The translations under genes and the position numbers were made by a program. The notes under the pieces are model-generated. The model made no database searches. It was not told the DNA's origin and saw only the letters and a program-made list of their open reading frames with translations. Below are positions 38,748 through 48,621 of a DNA stretch of 64,000 bases, piece by piece. The DNA comes from Sandaracinus amylolyticus (GTDB lineage: Bacteria; Myxococcota_A; Polyangia; Polyangiales; Sandaracinaceae), in NCBI RefSeq assembly GCF_000737325.1, contig NZ_CP011125.1, positions 9,931,945 through 9,995,944 of the forward strand, written 5' to 3'. Positions within the stretch are counted from its first letter, which is position 1, and every line of letters starts with the position of its first letter.

Positions 38748-39440
38748 TCAGCGGCACGCCTCGAGCGACCACTCCACCTCGGTCACGCCGTACGACGGCG
38801 CGCCGTCGAACACGCGGAGCCGCGCGCTCGTCACCTCGATGCTCGACGACGGCACGATCGCGAGCCGCGATCGCGTCGACGGACACGACGCGCGCTCTCC
38901 GTCGACGCACCGCTCGTAGACGTAGCGCTCGCCGCGCGCGATCTCGACCGTGCTCTGGGGATCGCCTTCGCTCGAGCCGCCCTGGTAGCAGCACGAGATC
39001 CACGACCCGTCGCTGCGCTCGAGCTCGAGGCGCGTCCAGTGATCGCCGGCGTTGCCGTCGCTCACGTCGAGCCACAGGGGGATCGTCACCGAGCGCGCCG
39101 GCGAGAACGAGTGGCTCGCGACAGTGGTGCGCGGCGGATCGGCGCACTCGCTCGCGCGCAGCATCACCACCGTGCAGCTCCCGCCGTCGATCACCGGCAC
39201 GCCGGCGTCGCTGCCCGCGTCGATCTCCTCGAACGTTCCCGCGTCCTCTTCGACGTGCGCGTCGACCGGTGGATCGATCGGCACCCACGCGTCCGCGAGC
39301 ACGATGCCCGCGTCGTCGGGCGCGACCGGGTCGAACCCGATCCTCCCGCACCCGCCGATCGCGACCGCGACGACGACCGCCGAAACGCGCACTCGCGTGC
39401 GCCGTGCTCCCCAGCTCCCCACGTACGCTCCCCTGACCAC
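38748..39440 (-). CDS. hypothetical Cys-containing lipoprotein
   Basis: AVVVAVAIGGCG lipobox. An alternative GTG start is closer to the lipobox. Confidence 0.45.
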   Translation of the reverse strand: MVRGAYVGSWGARRTRVRVSAVVVAVAIGGCGRIGFDPVAPDDAGIVLADAWVPIDPPVDAHVEEDAGTFEEIDAGSDAGVPVIDGGSCTVVMLRASECADPPRTTVASHSFSPARSVTIPLWLDVSDGNAGDHWTRLELERSDGSWISCCYQGGSSEGDPQSTVEIARGERYVYERCVDGERASCPSTRSRLAIVPSSSIEVTSARLRVFDGAPSYGVTEVEWSLEACR

Positions 39441-39512
39441 GCGCGAACGGCGCGTGCTGCCGCCCGCCCGGTTAGCGCGCTGCGTGCCAGAGCGAGCTGA
39501 GGTCCGCAGTCC

Positions 39513-40889
39513 TCACGTGAGCCCGCGGAGCGGTCCGTTGCAGAAGTCGCGATCGCCGAACACGTCGGTCTCGACGCCGAACGCCTGGCACAGCGAGACC
39601 AGCAGATCGTTGTGCGGCGTCTCGTCGCCGTCGAACTGCAGATAGCGACCGGTGCGGAAGTGCGGCGTGCCGTCGTCGTTCGCGACGTTGCCCGCGAGCA
39701 CGAACGGGATGTTGCGCAGCGTGTGGCTGTTGCCCTTCCCGAGCTCGTTCACCCAGAGCACGACGGTGTGATCGAGCATCGAGCCCTCGCCCTCGGGCGT
39801 GCTCGCGAGGCGCTCGAGCACGTACGCGTACTGCTCCGCGTACCAGGTGTTGATGCGCACGAGCTTCTCGACCGCGTCGGTGTTGCTGTCGCCCTCGTGC
39901 GAGAGATCGTGGTGGTTCTCGGTCACGCCGAGGTGCGGGAACGGGATGTTGCCGACCGAGTTGGTCCACTGGATCGAGCCGACGTTCGTGAGCCCGCACG
40001 CGAACGCCATGCACATGAGGTCGGTCTGCAGCCGCACGATCTCCGGGAAATTCTCGGCGCGTCGATGATCGATCGCGGTGCCCAGCTCGGGGATGCGGCA
40101 CTCCGCGCCGAGCGCGCCGGGCGCGCTGATCCGGCGCTCGATGTCGCGGATCGTCTCGAGGTGCAGCGCGAGGCGCTGGCGATCGGGCGCCGCGAGCCGC
40201 GCGCTCAGCCGCTCGTAGTCCGCGAGGTTGTGATCGAGCACGCTCTGCCGCAGCGCGAGGCGACGGCGCGCCGCGTCGGGATCGATCGACGCGTCGCCGA
40301 ACAAGCGCTCGAACGCGCGCCACGGGCTCGCCTCGGGCGGCAGCGGCTCGTTCGCCGCGCGATAGCTCATGCGCGTCCAGACGTTCGCGTACTCGGGGCT
40401 CATCGCGCCGAGCTCGAGCGAGCGGAAGCGCGTCGAGCCTCCGATCTGGTTCGCGATCGCTTGATCCACCGAGAGATCGCTGGCCCAGCTCACCGGCGGG
40501 CACGAGTCGCAGCCGCCCACGACGTCGCCCGGGAGCAGCGGCACGCCCGTGAGCACGTGGCCCATGCCCTTCTGGTGTCCGTCGCCCGGCCCGCGATCGG
40601 TCGAGAGCATCGACACGCCAGCGAGCACCAGCACGCGCTCGCGATACGGCTCGAGCGGCGCGAGGATGCGCTTGAAGCGGAAGTCGGTCTCGCCGCCCTC
40701 GGGCCGCCACTCGTCGGGCCAGGTGCCGTTCGGCGAGAACACGACGAGCAAGCGCTTCGGCGGCGCTCCGTCCTGCGCACCGGCGCCGTTCAGCAGCCGC
40801 AAGAAGGGCAGGGCGATCGCGCCGAACCCGACCGCGCCCACGAACGCGCGGCGGCGCAGCGTCTTCTGCTGGAACATCGGGAGCAGCAT
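39513..40889 (-). CDS. DUF1552-family protein with a Tat signal
   Basis: MLLPMFQQKTLRRRAFVGAVGFGAIALP twin-arginine motif. DUF1552 architecture. The start shares one nucleotide with the upstream stop (TGATG). Confidence 0.8.
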   Translation of the reverse strand: MLLPMFQQKTLRRRAFVGAVGFGAIALPFLRLLNGAGAQDGAPPKRLLVVFSPNGTWPDEWRPEGGETDFRFKRILAPLEPYRERVLVLAGVSMLSTDRGPGDGHQKGMGHVLTGVPLLPGDVVGGCDSCPPVSWASDLSVDQAIANQIGGSTRFRSLELGAMSPEYANVWTRMSYRAANEPLPPEASPWRAFERLFGDASIDPDAARRRLALRQSVLDHNLADYERLSARLAAPDRQRLALHLETIRDIERRISAPGALGAECRIPELGTAIDHRRAENFPEIVRLQTDLMCMAFACGLTNVGSIQWTNSVGNIPFPHLGVTENHHDLSHEGDSNTDAVEKLVRINTWYAEQYAYVLERLASTPEGEGSMLDHTVVLWVNELGKGNSHTLRNIPFVLAGNVANDDGTPHFRTGRYLQFDGDETPHNDLLVSLCQAFGVETDVFGDRDFCNGPLRGLT

Positions 40890-42523
40890 CAGCGCGCCTC
40901 CGGGATGCGACGGTGCGTGAACGCGTCGGAGGTCACGAGCGCGACGACGAGCTCGCGCACGTCGTGGCCCGACTCGGAGAACGCATCGTCGATCGCGTCG
41001 GTCGAGCAGCGATCCTGCGCGGTCTCGATGCGCCCGATCGCATAGCGGAACCACTGACGCGCGATGCACTCGTGCACCGTCTCGCTCGCGGCGAGGCGCT
41101 CGCTCAGCTCGATCACTCCGTCGAACGCGCCGCTCGCGTCGCCGCCCGACACGATCTCGCCGCTCGCGTCGATCGCCTGGCCCTCTTCGGTCGCGCGGAA
41201 CCGACCGATCGCGTCGTAGCCCTCGAAGCCGAACCCGATCGGATCGATCAGCGAGTGACACGCGGCGCACGACGGATTCTCGCGGTGCTCGCCGAAGCGC
41301 TCGCGCGTCGTGAGCCCCGGCATCAGATCGGGCGGCGTGGTGTCGACGTCGGCGGGCGGCGGCGGCAGCTGCTGACACAGCAAGCGCTGCCTCACGAAGA
41401 TGCCGCGATGGATCGGATCGCTCTGGTTCGACTTCGCGAGCAGCGCGAGCAACCCCGGCTGGGTGAGCAGTCCGCCGCGCTGGCTCGGATCGATCTCGAC
41501 CGCGCGCAATTCCTCGCCGGTGATCCCGGTGAGCCCGTAGATCGGCGCGAGCCGCTCGTTCACGTAGGCAGTGCCGTCGCCGACGAGCAGCGCGTCGAAG
41601 TCGCCGCCGTCGCGCAGCATCGCGTCGACGTACGCCTCGATCGACGCGCGCATGTCGCTCGCGAGCGCGCGATCGAACTCGGGGTGAATCGCCGAGTCCT
41701 TCTCGATCGTCCCGAGCCGATCGAGATCGAGCCACTGCCGCGTGAAGTCGTGCAGACCGCGCGCGGCGCGTGCGTCCTCGAGCATGCGTCGCGCCTGCAT
41801 CTCGACGTTCGCGGGATCGTCGAGCTCGCCAGCCTCCGCCGCGTCGAGCAGCTCCTCGTCGGGCACCGATCGCCAGAGGAAGAACGCGAGACGGCTCGCG
41901 ATCTCGTGCCCCGAGAGCGGCATCACCGCGCCCGGCGCGGCGTCGGGCTCGGCGCCTTCGACGTGATAGAGGAAGCTCGGCGACACCAGGATCGCCTCGA
42001 GCACGACCTGGATCCCGGTGCGGTGATCGCCGAGCGCCGCGCCCTCGCGATAGAGCGCGCGCAGCGACGCGCTCTCCTCGCTCGTGAGGGGACGACGATA
42101 CGCGCGACGCCCGAAGCGCTCGATGAATTCCGAGGCGCACGCCTCGCCGGCAGCGCATCCGGTGAGCGCATCGAGATCGGCGGTCGCGCGCTCGGCGGTC
42201 GACGTCGCGGCGTCGAGGTACTGCTCGACGAGCAGCGGCGAGACCGCGCCGCCCACCTCGAAGCCCGTCGTGATGTCGTCGGGCGCGAATTCGCGCGCGG
42301 GGCGCGACGTGTCACCGAGCAGATCTTCGATCGCGTAGTCGTACTCGGTCCGCGTCAGCCGCGTGATCGCCGAGGGCGCGACCGCCGGTGTGCCGCACGT
42401 CGCCGGCCCGCCCCCGCCGCGATCGCCGAGCCCGCGTGGGCCCGTCGGTCCGTCGAGCAGCGTGCCCTCGCAGCCCGCGAGCGCGAGCACGAGCCCGAAG
42501 AAGAGCGCCGTCGACCTCCCCAT
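40889..42523 (-). CDS. DUF1592/DUF1588-family lipoprotein with a CxxCH haem-binding motif
   Basis: Lipobox LALAGCEG. CAACH motif near the C-terminus. This is the usual partner of DUF1552 in Planctomycete-type pairs. Confidence 0.8.
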   Translation of the reverse strand: MGRSTALFFGLVLALAGCEGTLLDGPTGPRGLGDRGGGGPATCGTPAVAPSAITRLTRTEYDYAIEDLLGDTSRPAREFAPDDITTGFEVGGAVSPLLVEQYLDAATSTAERATADLDALTGCAAGEACASEFIERFGRRAYRRPLTSEESASLRALYREGAALGDHRTGIQVVLEAILVSPSFLYHVEGAEPDAAPGAVMPLSGHEIASRLAFFLWRSVPDEELLDAAEAGELDDPANVEMQARRMLEDARAARGLHDFTRQWLDLDRLGTIEKDSAIHPEFDRALASDMRASIEAYVDAMLRDGGDFDALLVGDGTAYVNERLAPIYGLTGITGEELRAVEIDPSQRGGLLTQPGLLALLAKSNQSDPIHRGIFVRQRLLCQQLPPPPADVDTTPPDLMPGLTTRERFGEHRENPSCAACHSLIDPIGFGFEGYDAIGRFRATEEGQAIDASGEIVSGGDASGAFDGVIELSERLAASETVHECIARQWFRYAIGRIETAQDRCSTDAIDDAFSESGHDVRELVVALVTSDAFTHRRIPEAR

Positions 42524-42685
42524 GCAGCGCGTCTGCTCAGCACGTGCCGAACCAAGCGCTGGGGTCGGGAATCCTCTTTCGATCCGCGCCGGCGGAGCAG
42601 CGCGTGAGGAGCACGGCGCGCTCCGCGTTCCACGATCCGTGCGACATCTCCGCAGGATCGATCACACGCGAAGACACGGCGGCGC

Positions 42686-43576
42686 GTGTATATGTTCGGC
42701 GACGTGCGCGCGTCGATCGTCGTCCTCGTGATCACTCTCGCGGGCTGCAGCTCGCTCCTCACCACGTCCACCGAGGCGCCGCCCGCGGCCGCGCCCGTCG
42801 CGGATCGTGACGGCGACGATCTCGCCGGCGAAGCCGATCGCTGCGCCGACGCCGCCGAGGACGTCGACGGCTTCCGCGACGACGACGGATGCCCCGATCC
42901 CGACGACGACGAGGACGGGATCGTCGACGCCGACGATCGCTGCCGCTGCATCGCCGAGGATCGCGACGGCTTCGAGGACGAAGACGGGTGCCCCGACCTC
43001 GACAACGATCGCGACCAGATCCTCGACGCGTGCGACGCGTGCCCGAACGAGATCGAGGTGTACGACGGATGCGCCGACGAGGACGGCTGTCCCGATCGCG
43101 CGCACATCGACATCGAGAGCGGGCGCATCGTGATCCTCGAGCAGATCCTCTTCGCCCGCGGCTCGAGCGCGGTCGCGCCGAGCGCGCACCCGCAGCTCGA
43201 CGCGATCGCCGCGGCGCTCGCGCAGAACACCCAGCTCACCCGCATCTGCGTCACCGGCCACACCGACTTCGGTGAGCCGCGCCCCGATCGCTTGTCGCGA
43301 GCGCGCGCGACCGCGGTGCGCGACTGGCTCGTCGCGCACGGCATCTCCCCCGAGCGCCTCGAGATCGAGAGCGCTGCCGACGCGCGTCCGATCGTCCCGC
43401 GCAGCGCGTCGACGAGCGCGCGCGCCGCGAACCGCCGCGTCGACTTCGAGATCCTCGACGTCACCGGGGGTCGCGCTCCGTCGCTCGGCCGCGGCGGCGG
43501 ATGCACCACGTCGTGGCGCTCGCCGTGCTTCGATCAGCCGCCCCCTCCGCCGCGCGACGTGTGCGCGGAGCCGTGA
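42686..43576 (+). CDS. OmpA-family lipoprotein with thrombospondin type-3 (Ca-binding) repeats
   Basis: Lipobox LAGCSS. Repeated DxDxDGxxDxxDxC blocks. C-terminal OmpA-like peptidoglycan-binding domain (TGHTD...NRRVDFEI). Confidence 0.8.
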   Translation: MYMFGDVRASIVVLVITLAGCSSLLTTSTEAPPAAAPVADRDGDDLAGEADRCADAAEDVDGFRDDDGCPDPDDDEDGIVDADDRCRCIAEDRDGFEDEDGCPDLDNDRDQILDACDACPNEIEVYDGCADEDGCPDRAHIDIESGRIVILEQILFARGSSAVAPSAHPQLDAIAAALAQNTQLTRICVTGHTDFGEPRPDRLSRARATAVRDWLVAHGISPERLEIESAADARPIVPRSASTSARAANRRVDFEILDVTGGRAPSLGRGGGCTTSWRSPCFDQPPPPPRDVCAEP

Positions 43577-43587
43577 AACGACGAAGC

Positions 43588-43609
43588 CCCCGGTGCTCGC
43601 GCACCGAGG
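43588..43609. terminator. possible hairpin terminator between convergent genes
   Basis: CGGTGC-tcgc-GCACCG stem-loop 12 nt after the ompA-like stop. No U-run follows. Confidence 0.3.
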
Positions 43610-43637
43610 GCCTCGTCTCACGCGCCTTCTGCTGCGA

Positions 43638-46463
43638 TCAGTCCATCGGGCGCACGGTGAGCTCGCGCTCCGCGTGCGACATCACGTCCTGCTCGGTGAA
43701 GTAGAGCGGCGGCTGCTCGTTGCGGATCCAGAGCAGCGCCTCGTCCTGCTTGTGCGGGCTCATCGGATCGATGCTCTGTCCACCCGGGATGGCGTTGAAC
43801 GCGCGCGGGCCGTCGGCGGTCATCTCGACGATGAGGCGCTGCGACGCGCCGCTCCCGAACGAGAAGCTCTCGGTGTTCCACAGACCGAAGTTGCCGGGAT
43901 CGACGTTGCCCCAGTCGCCGTGCCGCGGGAACCCGTTGGGGTACGTCGGATCGTTCTCCGCCGGGATCGACAGCACGTCGTCACCGCCGAGGATCGGCAC
44001 CACGCTGTTGAAGCGCACCGTGTGCAGACGGCCCCAGCGCCACTCGGTCCAGTCGCTGGTCTCCATGCGCTCGGTGAGGAACGCGAGGCCCGCGAGCACG
44101 CCGCGGATCACGATCTCCTCCTTCGTCTCGACGGCATCGGTCCGGATGTCGTCCCAGAGCACCGACTCCATCGCCGCCTCGTCGTAGCTGAGCAGGCGCG
44201 ACGGCGACGTCAGCATCCACTCGATCAGACGCGCCGACTCGCTCGTCGGTCCGCCGATCATCGCGCGCTCGGTCTCGTCGCCGAGCGCGAGCGGGATGAT
44301 GCGCGTGAGCGCCGCGTTGAAGATCGTCGTCGCGACGCTGTCCGCGATCTCCGCGGTGTCGGTCGCGCCGACGCCGTGCGGCGTCTCGAACGTCCACTCC
44401 ATGAGCTGCGTGCGCGCCGCCGCGAGGTCGGTCTCCTCGTCCTCGGTGAGCCCGAGCGCTTCGATGGCGGCGGTGTCGCCGAGGATCGCGACGATCGGAT
44501 CACGCAGCGTGCGGCCGAGCGGCGACTGCGTCTCCGCCTGCAGCGCGATCATGTCGTCGGTCGTGATGTCGCCGCGCTCCACGAGCTCCGCGAGGCGCTC
44601 CTGGATGCGCGCCTCGCGCCACCCGTAGTCGAAGCCCGCGCCGACGTAGTGCTCGTCGTTGCAGGGGTTGCCGTCCTGCGTGACGCCGACGTTGTCCTGG
44701 TTCGCCGTCGCGATCCAACCACGCGCAGGCGCGAGCTCGTGCGGGATCGCGGTGTCCGCGAGGTCGCCGGTCCACTCGTACTCGCCGGTGCCGGGCACGA
44801 CCATGTGCGGGCAGTAGCCCGTGTGCTCGCCGGTCTCCTCGTCGATCACGAGGTTCGTCGCCATCTCCGAGCGCACCGGGATGCGCGCCTGCGTCGACCA
44901 CATGATGTCGTCGCGATCGACGATCATGAAGTTCTGCGAGCCGACCTCGAACGCATCGAGCGCGGCGCGCCCCGACTCGACGTCGGTCGCGGTCATCAGG
45001 CCGGTGAACGTCGCGAGCTCGTTGCTCGGCTCCCAGCCCGTGTAGCGCACGCTGACCGCGACGAAGCGATCCGTCGTGCCCTCGACCGCGACGCAGCTGC
45101 CCGGGAGGAACTGGCTGCCCGGACGATGCGACGCGTACGGGAAGCGCACCGTGATCGGGTCGCCGCTCGCGAGGCTGATCGTCTCCTCGTGGAACGCGAT
45201 CGGGCTCTGTCCGCCCATCCACAGCACGGTGCCGCCCGTGACGTTGCCGTCCGCGTCGCACGTGCCCGTGATCTGCTCCTGGTACGCGTCGGTCACGTCG
45301 TAGCCGGTCGTCGTCACGCCCCACGCGATGTCGCGGTTGAAGCCGATGACGACGCCGGGAAGGCCCGCGAACGCAGTGCCCTGCGCGTCGATCATGTCCT
45401 CGCCGCCCATGCGCGCGGTGTTGAGGTGCACGTACCACCACACCGCGGGCGAGATCAGCGACAGGTGCGGATCGTTCGAGAGGATCGGGTTGCCGCTCGC
45501 GGTGTGCTCGCCCGAGACGGTCCAGTTGTTCGAGCCGCGCGTGACGAGGTCACCGAAGATGCGCGACTGGCGCTCCTCGATGCGATCGAGGAACGGCATC
45601 GCGCCGCGGATCGCGCGCACGTTCGGCGTGAAGCGCGCGCCGAAGGGACGCGGATCGATCACCGGAAGCAGCGCCATCGTCGTGCCGTCGGGGAAGCCGT
45701 CGTCGGTGAACGCCTCGCGCGCCGGCCGCTGCGTGAAGAGGTCCTCGAAGAGGCCCGAGCGCGCCGCGATGCGCGGATCGGCGTCGTCGGCGGGGAACGC
45801 CTGCTGGATGAGCGCGAGGCGCGCCGAGCGATTCAGATCGTCGCGCGGATCGAAGCTCAGGTTCGCCGACTGGAAGCGCGCGAGCGCGAAGATGTCGGCG
45901 GGCTCCCAGTGCCCGAAGCTCGAGCCGAAGATCACGAGGTTGATGACGTCCGCGCCCATCACGGCGGGGTCCTCCTCGCGGCGCATCACGGCATCGATGT
46001 AGAGGTTGATGCCCTCGACGAACGCCTCGGCCGACAAGCGCGCCGGATCGTCCGTGGGGAGGCTCTCGTAGATCTCGACGCCCATGCGCCGGTAGCCTTC
46101 CCAGCGCGAGATCACGTCGTCCTCGAGCGAGTCCTCGCCCGCGATCTCCGCGATGCGACCGAGCACGCTGCGACGGATGAACTCCATCTGGGCGAAGCGA
46201 TCGCGGCTCATCAGGTAGCCCTGCACGACGAGCACGTCGTGGCGCGTCGTCCCGTAGATGTGCGGGATGCCGCGATCGTCGTACACGACCTCGACCTCTC
46301 CATCGAGGCCCGGCAGCGCGAGGTCGGTGGTCGTCATCATCCCCGCGTCGGTGCCGCCGTCGGTCGTGGGCGGCGCGTCGTCGTCGTCGCCGCACGCAGC
46401 GAGCAAGGGCAGCGATGCGAGAGAGAGCAGGAGCAAGCGGAACCGGTACGTCATGCGCGGCAT
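43638..46463 (-). CDS. penicillin-acylase-family Ntn hydrolase (S45; possible acyl-homoserine-lactone or beta-lactam acylase) lipoprotein
   Basis: Lipobox LPLLAACGDD. The beta-subunit N-terminal nucleophile context GSNNW. Conserved alpha and beta subunit regions. The start is either 46463 or 46454. Confidence 0.85.
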   Translation of the reverse strand: MPRMTYRFRLLLLSLASLPLLAACGDDDDAPPTTDGGTDAGMMTTTDLALPGLDGEVEVVYDDRGIPHIYGTTRHDVLVVQGYLMSRDRFAQMEFIRRSVLGRIAEIAGEDSLEDDVISRWEGYRRMGVEIYESLPTDDPARLSAEAFVEGINLYIDAVMRREEDPAVMGADVINLVIFGSSFGHWEPADIFALARFQSANLSFDPRDDLNRSARLALIQQAFPADDADPRIAARSGLFEDLFTQRPAREAFTDDGFPDGTTMALLPVIDPRPFGARFTPNVRAIRGAMPFLDRIEERQSRIFGDLVTRGSNNWTVSGEHTASGNPILSNDPHLSLISPAVWWYVHLNTARMGGEDMIDAQGTAFAGLPGVVIGFNRDIAWGVTTTGYDVTDAYQEQITGTCDADGNVTGGTVLWMGGQSPIAFHEETISLASGDPITVRFPYASHRPGSQFLPGSCVAVEGTTDRFVAVSVRYTGWEPSNELATFTGLMTATDVESGRAALDAFEVGSQNFMIVDRDDIMWSTQARIPVRSEMATNLVIDEETGEHTGYCPHMVVPGTGEYEWTGDLADTAIPHELAPARGWIATANQDNVGVTQDGNPCNDEHYVGAGFDYGWREARIQERLAELVERGDITTDDMIALQAETQSPLGRTLRDPIVAILGDTAAIEALGLTEDEETDLAAARTQLMEWTFETPHGVGATDTAEIADSVATTIFNAALTRIIPLALGDETERAMIGGPTSESARLIEWMLTSPSRLLSYDEAAMESVLWDDIRTDAVETKEEIVIRGVLAGLAFLTERMETSDWTEWRWGRLHTVRFNSVVPILGGDDVLSIPAENDPTYPNGFPRHGDWGNVDPGNFGLWNTESFSFGSGASQRLIVEMTADGPRAFNAIPGGQSIDPMSPHKQDEALLWIRNEQPPLYFTEQDVMSHAERELTVRPMD

Positions 46464-46559
46464 GATACACGGGCGAAACATCGCGCTCGTGATCGCGCTT
46501 GACGCGCGCGCTGCGCAGACACACACCGCGCCACCTGATTGTCCGCTGAGGAAATGAAC

Positions 46560-47669
46560 ATGGCCGAGCTCACCACCGAGTCGCTCCGCACCGCGCTGTC
46601 GAAGGTCGTCGATCCGGTGTTCGAAAAGCCGATGCTCGACATCGGCGCGCTGACCGATCTGTCGGTGGAGCCCGGTGGCGAGGTGAAGGTGCGCGCGCAC
46701 CTCGCGACTCCGTCGAGCACCGTGCACGCGAAGGTGCGCGAGGAGATCGAGCGCGCGGCGCGCGAGGCCGGCGCGACGGCGGTCGACATCGCGATCGACG
46801 TGCAGGTCCCGACGCGCGAGGTGATGGGCGACGACCCGATCCCCGGCGTGAAGAACGTCGTGCTCGTGATGAGCGGCAAGGGCGGCGTCGGGAAGAGCAC
46901 GACCGCCGTGAACCTGACGCTCGCGCTCAAGCGCGCGGGGCTGCGCGTCGGCATCCTCGACGCGGACATCTACGGCCCGTCGATCCCGACGATGATGGGC
47001 GTGCACGGCCACCCGCCGACGCGCGACGACAAGAAGATCCTCCCGCTCGAGCGCTTCGGCGTGAAGATGATGTCGATCGGCTTCCTGCTCGAGGACGACA
47101 AGCAGGCGGTGATCTGGCGCGGACCGATGCTGCACAGCGCGCTGCAGCAGTTCCTCAAGGACGTCGAGTGGGGCGAGCTCGACTACCTCGTGCTCGACCT
47201 GCCGCCGGGCACCGGCGACGTCGCGCTGACGATGGCGCAGAAGCTCAAGGTGAGCGGCGTCGTGATGGTGACCACGCCGCAAGAGGTCGCGCTGCAGGAC
47301 GTCTACAAGTGCGTCTCGATGTGCAGCAAGCTGAGCCTGCCGATCCTCGGCGTGATCGAGAACATGAGCTACTTCGTCGACAGCGCGGGCGTGCGACAGG
47401 AGCTCTTCGGACGCGGCGGCGGCGAGAAGATCGCGGAGTTCGCGAAGGCGCCGCTGCTCGGTCAGATCCCGCTCGAGCCGCCGGTGCGCGAGTGGGGCGA
47501 CAAGGGCATGCCGATCGTGCAGAGCGTGCCCGACAGTGCGAGCGCGAAGGCGTTCACCGCGGTGGCGGACGCGCTGATCGCGAAGGTCGCGAACCTGCAC
47601 TTCGAGCGCACCGGCGGGACTCGCATCCCCGCGGCGAAGGGCCCGACTCGACTGCGCATCGTGCGCTGA
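46560..47669 (+). CDS. apbC: Fe-S cluster carrier ATPase Mrp/ApbC
   Basis: N-terminal DUF59-like domain. Deviant Walker A GKGGVGKST. CxxC. GAGGA Shine-Dalgarno 9 nt upstream of the ATG at 46560. Confidence 0.85.
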   Translation: MAELTTESLRTALSKVVDPVFEKPMLDIGALTDLSVEPGGEVKVRAHLATPSSTVHAKVREEIERAAREAGATAVDIAIDVQVPTREVMGDDPIPGVKNVVLVMSGKGGVGKSTTAVNLTLALKRAGLRVGILDADIYGPSIPTMMGVHGHPPTRDDKKILPLERFGVKMMSIGFLLEDDKQAVIWRGPMLHSALQQFLKDVEWGELDYLVLDLPPGTGDVALTMAQKLKVSGVVMVTTPQEVALQDVYKCVSMCSKLSLPILGVIENMSYFVDSAGVRQELFGRGGGEKIAEFAKAPLLGQIPLEPPVREWGDKGMPIVQSVPDSASAKAFTAVADALIAKVANLHFERTGGTRIPAAKGPTRLRIVR

Positions 47670-47682
47670 TCGCTCTCTCTCC

Positions 47683-47908
47683 GAGGGCTGCTCGGCCTGC
47701 GTTCGACGTCTTCTCGAGACCCCTGCGCGGGCGGTGGCTTCACGGCGGTGCATGCGAAGGGGGCTTGGCCCCCTCCGCCCCACCCCTTCGGGGCTCGAGA
47801 GTCCGTCGCGCGGGCGTCGGGCACGAGCGCGGCCGGTGGGCATGCTCGATCGTGTCGGTCCCCCGCGAAGCGGGGGCCCCTAGCCGACACTTCGCGGGTC
47901 GCCGAGAT
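47683..47908 (+). repeat. copy A of an approximately 226-bp highly structured repeat element
   Basis: About 95% identical to the copies at 49241-49466 and 51940-52166, both in opposite orientation. Ends CTCGGC...GCCGAG form a 6-bp terminal inverted repeat. It contains several perfect GC hairpins (GGGGGCttgGCCCCC; CCCCCGCgaaGCGGGGG nested in GTCGG...CCGAC) and SphI/XhoI-type palindromes. Confidence 0.9.
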
Positions 47909-47947
47909 CGATGGCCGTGAGATCGACGACGAGGCTGAGTCGTGACC

Positions 47948-48042
47948 GTGAGCGCGCGCTGGAATCACGTCGACCGATGAGGTCGCGCCGTCACCGCGAG
48001 CGCGCGCAGGAATCACGTCGACCGATGAGATCGGCGTGACTC
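47948..48042. repeat. two tandem 47-bp direct repeats
   Basis: GTGAGCGCGCGCTGGAATCACGTCGACCGATGAGGTCGCGCCGTCACC is repeated with a few substitutions. Core GAATCACGTCGACC. It lies between element A and the RDD gene's Shine-Dalgarno. Confidence 0.75.
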
Positions 48043-48073
48043 GAGCGTCCAACGAGACGACAAGGAGGCTCAC

Positions 48074-48535
48074 GTGGCTGCCGAGGTCTCGATGGACTCG
48101 CTCGTTCCTGCCGAGCTCCCCGTTCGCATCGCTGCGCGCGCCATCGACGTCGCGATCGTGGTCGCGATGAACGTCGGGCTCGGTCAGCTGATGGGGTTCG
48201 GATTCGACTGGCTGATCGTGGGCTCGATGCTCGTGCTCGCGTACTTCGCGCTGCTCGACGCGTTCGTGGGCGCGACGTTCGGCAAGCTCGCGCTGGGGCT
48301 ACGCGTGATCGGCCCCGAGGGCGAGCGCGTCACGATGAAGCAGGCGCTCACGCGCGAAGCGTTCACCGTGCTCGGCGCGATCCCTTTCATCGGCCCGATC
48401 CTCGCGCTCGCCGCATGGATCTGGATCGTGGTGACGATCCGCAACAGTCCGCTGCGCCAAGGCCGCCACGACGCGCTCGCAGGCGGCACCCGCGTGGTGC
48501 GCGCTACGAAAACCGTAGCGCTACGAAAACCGTAG
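48074..48535 (+). CDS. RDD-family membrane protein
   Basis: GTG start with AAGGAGG 6 nt upstream. Three TM helices with RDD-like topology. Confidence 0.7.
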   Translation: MAAEVSMDSLVPAELPVRIAARAIDVAIVVAMNVGLGQLMGFGFDWLIVGSMLVLAYFALLDAFVGATFGKLALGLRVIGPEGERVTMKQALTREAFTVLGAIPFIGPILALAAWIWIVVTIRNSPLRQGRHDALAGGTRVVRATKTVALRKP

Positions 48536-48553
48536 CGCTACGAAAACCGTAGC
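48502..48553. repeat. three perfect tandem copies of the 17-bp hairpin GCTACGAAAACCGTAGC
   Basis: Each unit is a 6-bp stem with a 5-nt loop. The first two lie in-frame in the last codons of the RDD CDS (RATKTVALRKP*). The third lies just past the stop. Confidence 0.85.
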
Positions 48554-48621
48554 GCGCGCAGCGCAGGTGCAGGCGCGAGGGACTGCAGGGCGGGCGCCCA
48601 TCGTCCCTCGTTCGCGCCGCA

